Assembly (NCBI GenBank): GCA_038065235.1
Contig: JBBTRK010000006.1
Location: 3,255-67,254, forward strand
Origin: Patescibacteria group bacterium
Lineage (GTDB): Bacteria; Patescibacteriota; Patescibacteriia; PEXW01
Length of the DNA stretch: 64,000 nucleotides
Direction of reading: 5' to 3'
This document shows positions 38,212 through 47,035 of this stretch, piece by piece. The notes below the pieces were generated by a model. The model worked only from the letters and a program-made list of their open reading frames with translations. It ran no database searches and had not been told where the DNA came from. Every line of letters starts with the position of its first letter. The stretch's first letter is position 1. The position numbers were made by a program, and so were the translations under genes.

Positions 38212-38324
38212 TTGTCATTGCGAGCGACCGAAGGAAACGTGGCAATCCCGCTTACATTGGTACAAGTCACGAGTTCAGCGGGATTGCTTCGTCAGTGCCC
38301 ATGGGCACTTCCTCGCAATTGACA
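38212..38324. repeat. Palindromic element family B (TGTCATTGCGAG...GCAATC...GATTGC...CTCGCAAT)
   Basis: Shared with 34612, 53103 and 60931. Confidence 0.85.
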
Positions 38325-38332
38325 GAGAAAGA

Positions 38333-38361
38333 AAAACCCCAGGCATTAAAATGTCTGGGGT
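38333..38361 (-). terminator. Terminator of the CDP-alcohol phosphatidyltransferase gene
   Basis: ACCCCAGACAT/ATGCCTGGGGT plus U-tract. Confidence 0.7.
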
Positions 38362-38378
38362 CAAGAACGTGAGCAATT

Positions 38379-39017
38379 TCACGCATGTGGCTGGAAGAGC
38401 TGCCAGGCGCGGTGTGCGCGAGCAGCACATGTCCATAGCGTGGAAGCGACGATGGTCAGCAGACCGAACGCGATTATGAACGTGTCGGCGTTTGGGAAGA
38501 TCCCAGCGATGATGACGGTACCCATGATTTGAACGTGGAGCGTGGCACGAGTGAGCGGCCGCTTCTCCACGAGCTTGCGGTCCATACTCTCGATCTTCGC
38601 GCGCATCCAGCTGCTAATGATGTTGGCAAAGCCCGCAGCGCAGATGGCGAGCGTAATCCAGTTCGCAACCCGAGGCATGCAGTAGGCTGCAGCGCCCAGG
38701 AAGAGCGCGCTGTCTGCGAACCGATCAACGGCGGGGTCTAGGAACGTGCCGAACTGCTGTCGGTGCAGCTGTCGATCGGGCATGCGACGGGAGAGCTCGC
38801 CATCCATAACATCGCCGAAGCCGTTGAGGAGCAGCAGGATGAGGGTCGCCCACCATGCTCCCATCCCGAAGGCAAAGCCGGCACCGAACGCCAGCAGTAA
38901 GCCGATGAGGGTCACAGTGTTCGGCTCTACGCGGGCATTGAATAGCAACGTCACGACCGGCCTAAACACGCGCGCCGCTAGCATATGTGCTTTCGTGGTG
39001 GTGAGTGTGGGTGGCAC
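38379..39017 (-). CDS. CDP-alcohol phosphatidyltransferase (PgsA/PIP-synthase family)
   Basis: PNTVT, D.MDGELSR...GTFLDPAVDRFAD motif; AAGGAGG SD before GTG. Confidence 0.88.
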   Translation of the reverse strand: MPPTLTTTKAHMLAARVFRPVVTLLFNARVEPNTVTLIGLLLAFGAGFAFGMGAWWATLILLLLNGFGDVMDGELSRRMPDRQLHRQQFGTFLDPAVDRFADSALFLGAAAYCMPRVANWITLAICAAGFANIISSWMRAKIESMDRKLVEKRPLTRATLHVQIMGTVIIAGIFPNADTFIIAFGLLTIVASTLWTCAARAHRAWQLFQPHA

Positions 39018-39167
39018 GGCCACCTCCTTTCTATGTCAGAGAACGTATTTTGCCCCACCTTACGCCTGGGGGCTTAGAAATGCAAATGAAAATCCCCCAA
39101 CCATTTGGCGTAACAGTTGAGGGATGTGCTGCAGCTGCTGTAGTTCAGCGGCGAGATTTGGAAAGGA

Positions 39168-39860
39168 TTAGCCTTTGATGCGGTCAGGGTAGTCGGTGAA
39201 GATCCCATCGACGCCTTTGGCCTTCAGGCGGTTCGCTTCGTCCTGGTCGTTAACCGTGTACACTGCCACGTTGAGGCCAAGATCGTGCGCACTGTCGACT
39301 AGTTCTTGGGTGACGAAATCCCGGTCAAGGTTGATGGAGTAGGCTCCCATGTCCTTGGCGTACTGTGCGAGGTTCACCGGCACGCCACAGAACAGCACAC
39401 CGATACGGATGTCCGGCATGAGCTTATGAAACTTTGCCAGTTCCACGTGGTTAAAGGAGGAGACGAGGAAATCTTCGGAGTCCCAACCCACATCACTCTT
39501 GTGGCGAATATACGCGCGGATTACCTTGGCGACTTCTTCAGCCGTGCCCACACCCTTCAGTTCAATATTGACGTACGTGTCGGAGCCAACAGTATCCAAC
39601 ACTTCTTGGAGCGTCGGGATTTGGGCGCCACCACCAGCATCCAACTTGCGGAGTTCCTCGAAAGTCATTTCCATGACCCAGCCCTTGCCGTTTGTGGTAC
39701 GGTCCACAGTATTGTCATGGATGACGACGAGTTGTCCATCGACGCAGTACACATCCAGTTCGATTGCTTTCGTGGACTTTATCCCTTCCAAGAATGACGG
39801 GATGGTGTTCTCGGGTTTGAGTCCGCGAGCGCCTCGATGGCCAAAAATTTTCATTGCCAT
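39168..39860 (-). CDS. Glycerophosphodiester phosphodiesterase (GlpQ/UgpQ)
   Basis: GHRGA....PENT, IELDV, VVIHD.TVDRTT, NIELK, YTVN, DGIFTDYP. Confidence 0.95.
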   Translation of the reverse strand: MAMKIFGHRGARGLKPENTIPSFLEGIKSTKAIELDVYCVDGQLVVIHDNTVDRTTNGKGWVMEMTFEELRKLDAGGGAQIPTLQEVLDTVGSDTYVNIELKGVGTAEEVAKVIRAYIRHKSDVGWDSEDFLVSSFNHVELAKFHKLMPDIRIGVLFCGVPVNLAQYAKDMGAYSINLDRDFVTQELVDSAHDLGLNVAVYTVNDQDEANRLKAKGVDGIFTDYPDRIKG

Positions 39861-39913
39861 AGTGAATCCTTTCTCGTATGAGCGGTTTTAGTGTATTTGT
39901 TTTTGACTTCGTA

Positions 39914-39942
39914 GACTAGCGGAAAATATTGGTAATGTCAAT
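39914..39942 (-). promoter_or_regulatory. sigma70 promoter TTGACA-N17-TAGTCT for the GDPD gene
   Basis: Read on the minus strand. Confidence 0.65.
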
Positions 39943-39944
39943 GC

Positions 39945-40030
39945 TTGTCTTCCTGTCTGTCTTCCTGTCGTCCCTGGCAGTTCACTCGGGACCTTGCCGC
40001 AAGATGCCGGATCGGTGTCCGGCATGACAA
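39945..40030. repeat. Degenerate palindromic element (...GATGCCGGATCGGTGTCCGGCATGACAA)
   Basis: ATGCCGGA/TCCGGCAT hairpin with a TGACAA end like families A and B. Confidence 0.55.
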
Positions 40031-40080
40031 AGGAAAGGTAATTCGCTTTTTTCCTAGTAGTGTCGTACAATATCCGCGCT

Positions 40081-41028
40081 ATGGCTGTACCTACTTTATC
40101 CAAGCTCCTCACCGAATTTCTGGAGTACTTGGAAATCGAGAAGAACGTCTCCCCGCTCACGGTGAAGAATTACGACTTCTACCTGCGCCGTTTCTTAACG
40201 TGGGGCAAGCTGCAGGACCCCAAGGACATTACCTCGGAGAAAGTTCGGCAGTACCGGCTCTACCTCAACCGTCTGGTCAATCCGCAGAAGGAGCTGCTCA
40301 AAGCGAGCACGCGCAACTACCACCTCATCGCCTTGCGCGCCTTCCTCAAGTATATGGCCAAGCGCGATGTAGTCTCGCTCTCGTCAGAGAAAGTTGAACT
40401 CGCCAAGCAGCAGGATCGGCAGGTGAGCTTCATGGAAGGTTCTGACCTCGAAAGATTCTTAGAGGCGCCGTTGAAAATTGAACAACAAAATATTGTGCAG
40501 ATTCGGGATAAGGCAATTCTGGAGCTCCTTTTCTCCACGGGTCTGCGCGTTTCAGAGTTGGCAGGACTAAAGAAGGATCAGATTAATATGGAGAAAGATG
40601 AATTCACCGTCCGCGGCAAGGGCGGCAAGCTGCGCGTCGTGTTCCTCAGCCATAACGCGCGGCACTGGGTTGCTGAGTACCTGAAGCAGCGCAGCGATGA
40701 CGAGGAGTGGATGTTCTTGCGTCACGACCGCGCCATGAAGCGCTCGGCCGAGAACTTCAAACCCATTACCCCGCGCTCTATCCAGCGCATCGTGCAGTTC
40801 TACGCCAAAGCCGCTGGCATCACCAAGCGCATCACGCCGCACACCTTGCGTCACAGCTATGCCACGGACTTGCTGATGAACGGCGCAGACATCCGCAGTG
40901 TGCAATCCATGCTCGGCCATGCGTCAATTACGACGACGCAAATTTACACGCACGTCACCAACCAGCAGCTGCGGGAAGTGTACAAGGCCTTTCACAATAG
41001 AAGAGGTAAAAAACAAAAGGACGATTGA
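40081..41028 (+). CDS. XerC/XerD-family tyrosine recombinase
   Basis: RD.AILELLFSTGLRVSEL, GKGGK.R, TPHTLRHSYAT.LL, LGH....TTQIYTHV. Confidence 0.93.
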   Translation: MAVPTLSKLLTEFLEYLEIEKNVSPLTVKNYDFYLRRFLTWGKLQDPKDITSEKVRQYRLYLNRLVNPQKELLKASTRNYHLIALRAFLKYMAKRDVVSLSSEKVELAKQQDRQVSFMEGSDLERFLEAPLKIEQQNIVQIRDKAILELLFSTGLRVSELAGLKKDQINMEKDEFTVRGKGGKLRVVFLSHNARHWVAEYLKQRSDDEEWMFLRHDRAMKRSAENFKPITPRSIQRIVQFYAKAAGITKRITPHTLRHSYATDLLMNGADIRSVQSMLGHASITTTQIYTHVTNQQLREVYKAFHNRRGKKQKDD

Positions 41029-41062
41029 CGGTTCAACCTTTTCGTCGTAGCGTTTACAACTT

Positions 41063-41137
41063 GCCCTGGTAGTTCAACGGATAGAACAGTGGACTTCTAA
41101 GCCACGAATGGGGGTTCAATTCCCTCCCAGGGCACCA
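41063..41137 (+). tRNA. tRNA-Arg(TCT)
   Basis: GCCCTGG/CCAGGGC acceptor, CTTCTAA loop, CCA; A31:G39 mismatch in the anticodon stem. Confidence 0.88.
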
Positions 41138-41151
41138 ACAATATTAAGATT

Positions 41152-41676
41152 ATGTCCGACACCGAAATTCTCAACGTCTTGGATGAGTAAGGGAACGTGG
41201 TGCGCACGGTAACGCGTGAAGAGGCCGAACGCGACAACCACACCACGCCCAATGCGCTCATGTTCATTTTCACCCCGAAGGGTGCAGTGTGGGTGCAGAA
41301 GCGCGCGAAGACGAAGAAGCACTTCCCCGGGCTTTGGGATATTTCGGCGTGTGGCGGAATCGTGCACGGTGAGAAGCCGGAAGTGAGCGCACAGCGGGAG
41401 ATGGAAGAGGAGATGGGTTTTACCTGTCCATTGCACTTTGTAGAATTTTTCTTCAACGAGTTCCCTGGTGAGCATGGTTCAATGCACCGACGGATTTCAC
41501 ACTTGTACATTGGCATGAGTGACAAGATTCCTCAGGTGAATGAAGAAGTGGACGAATTCGTGTCTGTGCCTGCTGCAGAACTTGCGCAGAAAATCCAGCA
41601 GCACCCCGAGGAGTACGTACCATCGTTTTTAATGGAATTGGAAAAGGCGCGGGCAGCTTACGCAAAGCTATTCTAA
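41152..41676 (+). pseudogene. NUDIX hydrolase (IDI type-1-like) with in-frame TAA at codon 13
   Basis: MSDTEILNVLDE*GNVV...QKRA..K..FPGLWD.S..G....GE....SAQRE.EEE.G; TAA at 41188-41190. Confidence 0.8.
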
Positions 41677-41693
41677 ATAGTAGGGCGTCAATC

Positions 41694-42269
41694 TTAAAGA
41701 CGTGATTTGTGTTGTGAGTGTGGTACCGTAAGCCACTGGTGGATGTGCGACCAGATGAAACGCACCATGGCCCATATCCACAGACTCGCAACGACGTAAC
41801 CGAAGAGCACGTCGGAGAGCCAGTGCACGCCAAGGACGAGGCGCGAGTAGCCGACGAGAATAATTAAAACAGTGCCGACCAATCCTGGCCACCAGCGTTT
41901 GGGTTTGCGGAAGAGGATAATCAATGACGCCGTGAAGAGCACAATGCCCAGGGCGTGACCACTGGGGAAACTATAGCCGCTCTCGTGAACGAGAACATGT
42001 ACGAGCGCGGCATCTGGGCGCGGCCGGGCAAAAACACCCTTAAGAAATGGCGTGAGGATGTTTCCAGCCGAAATAACGATGAGTTTAGCAGCAAGGTCAC
42101 GGCGTTTGCGGTGGTAGAGCACGACGGTCACGAGCAAGCACATCCCGGCAAGGAACGTGGGCTCGAAGACAAGACTCACGAGGTGCATGAACTGGTTGAG
42201 CCAGTCTGCGCTGGCTTGTTGGATGGCGTGGCTTACTGCAAGATCAAACATGAACGGCATGGAGAACAT
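41694..42269 (-). CDS. PAP2-family membrane phosphatase
   Basis: K..FARPRP, SFPSGH, SRLVLGVHW.SDV. Confidence 0.93.
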   Translation of the reverse strand: MFSMPFMFDLAVSHAIQQASADWLNQFMHLVSLVFEPTFLAGMCLLVTVVLYHRKRRDLAAKLIVISAGNILTPFLKGVFARPRPDAALVHVLVHESGYSFPSGHALGIVLFTASLIILFRKPKRWWPGLVGTVLIILVGYSRLVLGVHWLSDVLFGYVVASLWIWAMVRFIWSHIHQWLTVPHSQHKSRL

Positions 42270-42335
42270 GCAAGTAATGTTAGCACGTTTTAGTAATGCA
42301 ATTTTTAGTCAGCTTGCCATCGTGCAAATCTGAAA

Positions 42336-42433
42336 TGGTGGACCTGCCCGGCAGGGCCGGGTCCGGCTTTGCCGGAAGGGGAATCGGCCTTCGGCCCGGG
42401 GCGCTGCGATTGCTCGCGCCCGTTCGATTCCCC
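42336..42433 (-). repeat. Duplicated 3' end of tRNA-Ala interrupted by a palindromic insert
   Basis: TGGTGGACCTG[30-nt insert 42347-42376]AGGGGAATCG matches 42478-42498. Confidence 0.75.
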
Positions 42434-42477
42434 AATACAAAAACGATCAGCCACCACTGCGTGATGTCTGCTCGTTT

Positions 42478-42551
42478 TGGTGGACCTGAGGGGAATCGAA
42501 CCCCTATACCCCGGATGCAAACCGGGTGCTCTACCACTAAGCTACAGGCCC
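42478..42551 (-). tRNA. tRNA-Ala(TGC)
   Basis: G3:U70 pair, TTTGCAT loop, GTTCGATT, ACCA. Confidence 0.95.
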
Positions 42552-42559
42552 AAAAAAAT

Positions 42560-42835
42560 TTACAGTGATTCGCTCTCTTCTTCCTGCGGCGTGAGCGTGG
42601 GCTCGTTCGGATTGAATACCTTTTTCAGTCCGCTGCCAAGCCCGCCGCTCATGAGGAGGAAAGAGAGCAAGATGATGAACACGCCAATGAGTTTGTAGAA
42701 GAGGCGGGTGCCACCGTCGGAGCCGAGGTGCGCTTCAGCCCACTCAATGCGACCCATGTTATCCATTAGCCAGTTGGACTTCCAAATGATGACGAAGCCA
42801 ACTGCGATGAGGATGATGCCGACGAGGTACTTCAT
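42560..42835 (-). CDS. Small 2-TM hypothetical protein
   Basis: G.I.WAE..LG..GGTRLFYKLIG pattern; TAGAAT 6 nt before ATG. Confidence 0.75.
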   Translation of the reverse strand: MKYLVGIILIAVGFVIIWKSNWLMDNMGRIEWAEAHLGSDGGTRLFYKLIGVFIILLSFLLMSGGLGSGLKKVFNPNEPTLTPQEEESESL

Positions 42836-42994
42836 AGAGAGATTCTAGCATGGGGTCAAGCGAGACTGCCCTGAACCACTCGTCCTTCGGACTCGGGAAC
42901 AGGGCATGAACCACTTCCTATATAGATTACTGATATTCAGGAACTAGCGAGTGATTGTTGGCTCGCCATGAACCCGAACGTAGTGAGTGGTTCA

Positions 42995-43146
42995 TGGTGG
43001 GCAACGTAGGAGTCGAACCTACGACCTTCTCGGTGTAAACCCGCTTCGACTCGCGGAGCTCGCCGACGCGAGGCGAGCGAGACGCTCTGGCCTGGGTGCT
43101 CCCGATGGGTCGCACCCGTCCCGCAGTAGCGGGACCCAGCTGAGCT
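42995..43146 (-). pseudogene. Degenerate tandem copy of tRNA-Val(TAC) with two palindromic insertions
   Basis: Collinear with 43162-43238 except for inserts at 43041-43078 (anticodon stem) and 43089-43135 (D-loop); acceptor 5' strand disrupted. Confidence 0.85.
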
Positions 43147-43161
43147 TCTCATAAGACTGCC

Positions 43162-43238
43162 TGGTGGGCGGTGTAGGATTCGAACCTACGACCTTCTCGG
43201 TGTAAACGAGACGCTCTAACCAGCTGAGCTAACCGCCC
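43162..43238 (-). tRNA. tRNA-Val(TAC)
   Basis: GGGCGGT/ACCGCCC acceptor, TTTACAC loop, GTTCGAAT, ACCA. Confidence 0.96.
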
Positions 43239-43330
43239 GTAAGTCTTCTTTTCATAGCATGACTATCGGATAGCGCAAAGTGCGCACATCATTAGTCAAA
43301 CCGCTCGAACGGGCATCTTTCGCATACCCC

Positions 43331-43382
43331 TTGACACCCCTGCTACTGCGTGATACTATGTACTGGTAGTACGTAGTACTAC
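43331..43382 (+). promoter_or_regulatory. Promoter TTGACA-N17-TACTAT with overlapping TACTA/TAGTA inverted repeats (putative PadR operator)
   Basis: TACTAtgtactggTAGTA and GTAGTACgtaGTACTAC directly upstream of padR. Confidence 0.6.
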
Positions 43383-43403
43383 ATACCATTCACCCCAACA
43401 CCC

Positions 43404-43721
43404 ATGGAAAATATTACGGAAATGCTCAAAGGCGTGCTCGAAGGCTGCGTACTAGAGACCATTAGCCGCAGCAAAACCTACGGCTACGCCATTGCCTCGG
43501 CCTTGCGCCAGCTCGGCTTCACCGACGTGGTGGAAGGCACGGTCTACACCATCCTGCTGCGGCTCGAAAGCCGCAAGCTGGTGGACATCGAGAAGCAGCC
43601 CTCGGACCTGGGGCCGCCGCGCAAGTTCTACACGCTCAACCCTGCCGGGCGCAAAGAGCTGGCAGGCTTCTGGGCCAAATGGAAGTTCGTCTCCGCTCGC
43701 ATTAACACCTTGAAAGGCTAA
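43404..43721 (+). CDS. PadR-family transcriptional regulator
   Basis: EMLKGVLEGCVL...YGY.I...EGTVY.IL.RLE...GPPRKFY.L...G. Confidence 0.95.
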   Translation: MENITEMLKGVLEGCVLETISRSKTYGYAIASALRQLGFTDVVEGTVYTILLRLESRKLVDIEKQPSDLGPPRKFYTLNPAGRKELAGFWAKWKFVSARINTLKG

Positions 43722-43725
43722 CGCT

Positions 43726-44064
43726 ATGTACAACTTTCTCAAAAAAATTATCGGGGATAAGCGAGAGTGGCGCAGGATGGAAGCGCGCGCCAAAGCCCTG
43801 CCCTCGGACTACCAAGTGGTGTACGGGGAAATCAAAGGCTACCTGTTCAAGTTTTCGGCGGGCAGCGGGCTGGATACTATGGACGTCTTGCGGGATCTGC
43901 TGGGCTTGTTCGAAGAAGGTGCGGCAAACCACAAAGGCGTGCTGGAAATTACCGGGCAGGATGTGGCAGCGTTCTGCGACGAGCTACTCAAGAACACCAA
44001 GACCTACACAGCCAACTGGGGCGCAGCGCTGAACCGGGATATTGCGAAGAAGCTTGGGAAATAG
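43726..44064 (+). CDS. DUF1048 family protein
   Basis: KREWR.MEARAKALP.DY...Y.EI..Y, LL.LFEEGAA....VLEITG.DVAAFCDEL. Confidence 0.9.
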   Translation: MYNFLKKIIGDKREWRRMEARAKALPSDYQVVYGEIKGYLFKFSAGSGLDTMDVLRDLLGLFEEGAANHKGVLEITGQDVAAFCDELLKNTKTYTANWGAALNRDIAKKLGK

Positions 44065-44159
44065 GAAACGAATGTATAGACAGCCGTAATTGCTGGGTGT
44101 AGATTGTAGGCGCTATTTAATGAGACCCCACGTGATCTGAAGAAAGAAGGGGCTAATTA

Positions 44160-44894
44160 ATGTCTCTATTATTAAAAGCTAACATGGAGCTAGACCCACG
44201 AATTACTTTATTGTCGACAACAGGAAGTACCGAGCCATTTGTAGCCAGAATTGAGTTAGGGTTACCAGAAATTGTTAACGCGACCAAGTTTGATAACAAA
44301 GAAAAAATTAATGAGGCAATTCTTGTCATGGGTATTGAGTGCCTTCACCCTGCATTTGTCAGTCTTCAAGAAATTCGAAAACTAAAGCCCGACAACCGGC
44401 AAGTTCCACTTGTGAATATCCAGAAGCTCTATAAAGATCTTTATGGATATTTGTGGTCAGCATACAAGGATAGAATGCAACTTATCGTTAAACTGTTAGG
44501 GTTTAACATTGGATTTCTATTTCAAAATGATTTGGACTTTGAGAAAGGTGTGACCTCTTTCCAGCATCAGCACATAGACCCACAATTCTTTGAGATGCTC
44601 CGAAATGAACGAAAGACGTGGCAACAGGCGCTTGCAAAGTTTAGAAATGATTATTTAGATCACAATAAATTAACAGAGCCGGAAGTACGGCACTACTTCA
44701 AACCGCAAGTTGCGGAAACGATGTTTCAGAATTGCTGGGAGGCAATTGAGGATATTCTTATCACACTCATTAGAACTGGTTTACAGTTGGAAGCGGGTAT
44801 CGATATCGCTCAGATTCCAGAAGTTGAGCGTGATCCTAGCTTCCCAAAGCGTTTTCGTTTTATAATAAAACATTCTGCTCAGCCTGCTAAGTAG
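44160..44894 (+). CDS. Hypothetical AT-rich protein with HEPN-like RN-x4-H motif
   Basis: Predicted helical; W...LAKFRNDYLDH. Confidence 0.6.
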   Translation: MSLLLKANMELDPRITLLSTTGSTEPFVARIELGLPEIVNATKFDNKEKINEAILVMGIECLHPAFVSLQEIRKLKPDNRQVPLVNIQKLYKDLYGYLWSAYKDRMQLIVKLLGFNIGFLFQNDLDFEKGVTSFQHQHIDPQFFEMLRNERKTWQQALAKFRNDYLDHNKLTEPEVRHYFKPQVAETMFQNCWEAIEDILITLIRTGLQLEAGIDIAQIPEVERDPSFPKRFRFIIKHSAQPAK

Positions 44895-44985
44895 CAAATT
44901 ATTTTACCCGCCACCTTCACCGCGGCGGCTTTATTAAATATGTCTTACATTGCACTGACGAGCCTGTGCTTGCTACTATCCTGCT

Positions 44986-45594
44986 ATGACCAACGATAAA
45001 ATTAAAGCCGTCCTATTTGATGCGGATGGGGTAACAATTACTCCAAAAGAGCCTTTTTCTGTTCAATACGCAAAATTACACGGACTAGATCCCAAGATAC
45101 TTAGTTCTTTTTTTGATGCGCATTTTGGTGAAGCTTTGATTGGAAAACGCGATCTAAAAGAATTACTTGAAACAAAGCGCGATCTTTGGGAGTGGAAGGG
45201 CCCCATTGAAAATTTGTTGACAAATTGGTTTGAGGCAGAAAACCATAAAAATCAGGAGTTACTCATCCTCATCCACCAAGTACGAGCCACTGGCCTATCC
45301 TGTTACTTGGCAATGAACCAAGAAAAATACCGAAGCAAGTACATAAAAGAAATAATGTTTCCAGAAGTTTTTGACTTCATTTATTCTTCAGCCGAAATTG
45401 GTATGAAGAAGCCAGATCCAAAATACTACCAATACATCATCAATGAATTACAGAATGCACACGTCATTCATGAGCCAGGTGAGATAGTATATTTTGATGA
45501 TTCGGTTTCAAACGTACAGGCAGCAAAAGATTTAGGATTACAGGCGCATCTATACACTGGCGTCGAACAGGTGAAGAAAGTGATGCTATCCTAA
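44986..45594 (+). CDS. HAD-superfamily hydrolase
   Basis: LFDADGV, SAEIGMKKPD, YFDDS..NV..A. Confidence 0.92.
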   Translation: MTNDKIKAVLFDADGVTITPKEPFSVQYAKLHGLDPKILSSFFDAHFGEALIGKRDLKELLETKRDLWEWKGPIENLLTNWFEAENHKNQELLILIHQVRATGLSCYLAMNQEKYRSKYIKEIMFPEVFDFIYSSAEIGMKKPDPKYYQYIINELQNAHVIHEPGEIVYFDDSVSNVQAAKDLGLQAHLYTGVEQVKKVMLS

Positions 45595-45601
45595 ACCTAC
45601 T

Positions 45602-46000
45602 ATGACCAACGAAATTACCACCTACAACCGCAGCCAAGCAAAAGATGCCAAGCGCATATGCGATGCCCTGCGGCGGGTTATTGATGCAGCCTTGCCCAAG
45701 GCCGAGAGTAAGGTGTGGCATGCCGGACCAGTGTGGTTTTTGGCGGGCAACCCGATTGTTGGCTACTCCTTGCGCAAGCAGGGCGTGCAGTTGCTGTTCT
45801 GGAGCGGCACGTCGTTTGCCGAACCGGGCCTGCTGCCCATTGGCAACGTCCAGAAGTTCAAGGCCGCGGGCATTACCTACACCAGCGTCAAAGACCTAAA
45901 GTTGGCCGACCTCAAACGCTGGCTACGAAAAGCCAAAACCATCCAGTGGGATTACAAGAACATTGTAAAGCGCAGGGGGAAACTAGTGCGGTTGAAGTAG
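45602..46000 (+). CDS. DUF1801 (YdhG-like) protein
   Basis: ESKVWHA.PVWFL.GNPIVGYS....V.LLFWSG..F.E; IQWDYKNIVKR.G. Confidence 0.88.
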   Translation: MTNEITTYNRSQAKDAKRICDALRRVIDAALPKAESKVWHAGPVWFLAGNPIVGYSLRKQGVQLLFWSGTSFAEPGLLPIGNVQKFKAAGITYTSVKDLKLADLKRWLRKAKTIQWDYKNIVKRRGKLVRLK

Positions 46001-46101
46001 TTCATCACCAATCCAAATTTGCGTAAGTATGTATCTCGGCATTACGCTCCTCATAGCTGACTCACGTGCCTATATTCAGTCGAAAGTGATAGTATACAGA
46101 T

Positions 46102-46974
46102 ATGGGGAACCTAACTGACAAGAGGGTGCTTATCACCGGGGTTGGTTTGAAACCAGTTCGTTTTGTATTCAAGGACATCACTACCGGTAGACCATCGCAT
46201 ACTGCAATCGTTGTGGATGCGAAGGAATTCAAAGCGAATATCGGAGCAGCAACTGCATTAGAATGCGCGAAGGCTGGCGCGATCGTGCACCTTGTAGCAC
46301 GCACGGAAAAAAATTTGACGATTGTAAAACAGTGGATTGAAAGTATCGTGGCTGACGCCAAAGTCGAATTTACCGCTACAGATCTTGGTGATAGGCAATC
46401 ATTAAAGCGTCTCGTTGAGAGTATTCCGCGCAATCATCCTCTCTACTGGGTACAATCAGTTGGTCTTGGTGCTGGAACAATTAAGCTTAAAGACGATAAT
46501 CCTTATTTACCGATCGATGAAATCCCTGAGGGGCTTGTAGATGCTGAACTTTCAGTTTTGAAAAATACAATAACACTTTTGCAATCACTATTACCTCGTT
46601 TCCGCCAGCAAGAAGAAACACGTGTTTGCATTATTTCCTCAATGTCAGCCGTTCGGTCTTTTGCTTCTGGCAGTATCCATAATGCTGCAAAAGGCGCAAT
46701 AAGCCGTTTCGCAAACGCGGCAATGATTGAACTCGATCATGAAAAAATATTTGTAACCGATATTCGTCCTGGCGGTGTTGATACCGGCATGTATGATTCT
46801 GAGGTTGTCCGCAAAACTGTTCAACGTATATCAAAAGACTTTAATTATTCTGATATCCACTACATTCCTCCCTCAGCCGTTGGACAAGCGATAGTTCATG
46901 CCCTCTCCACTGATGCGCACATTACTTCCATAAACATGGTTGGTAAAGGACAATGGCCGCATGAGGGGTCTTGA
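46102..46974 (+). CDS. Divergent short-chain dehydrogenase/reductase
   Basis: VLITG...NIGAATA, LVART, IISSMS, HNAAK (in place of YxxxK), RPGGVDT. Confidence 0.8.
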   Translation: MGNLTDKRVLITGVGLKPVRFVFKDITTGRPSHTAIVVDAKEFKANIGAATALECAKAGAIVHLVARTEKNLTIVKQWIESIVADAKVEFTATDLGDRQSLKRLVESIPRNHPLYWVQSVGLGAGTIKLKDDNPYLPIDEIPEGLVDAELSVLKNTITLLQSLLPRFRQQEETRVCIISSMSAVRSFASGSIHNAAKGAISRFANAAMIELDHEKIFVTDIRPGGVDTGMYDSEVVRKTVQRISKDFNYSDIHYIPPSAVGQAIVHALSTDAHITSINMVGKGQWPHEGS

Positions 46975-47035
46975 CCCACATGGCTTGAGCTGAGCTCAAA
47001 TTAAAACCTCAAAAGACTCCGTACCAAAGTCAAAG

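Noticed and set aside
40081-41137. Prophage or island integrase at tRNA-Arg
   Set aside because: The protein looks like chromosomal XerC/D (about 315 aa, SAM-like N-terminus); no att duplication of tRNA-Arg or phage genes were seen
41188-41190. Stop-codon reassignment (as in code 25 Gracilibacteria/Absconditabacteria)
   Set aside because: TGA, TAA and TAG all terminate conserved genes normally in this window; this is a single isolated event
43041-43135. Self-splicing or BHB introns in tRNA-Val
   Set aside because: Inserts are 38-47 nt, lie at non-canonical positions, match dispersed palindromes, and an intact copy is adjacent
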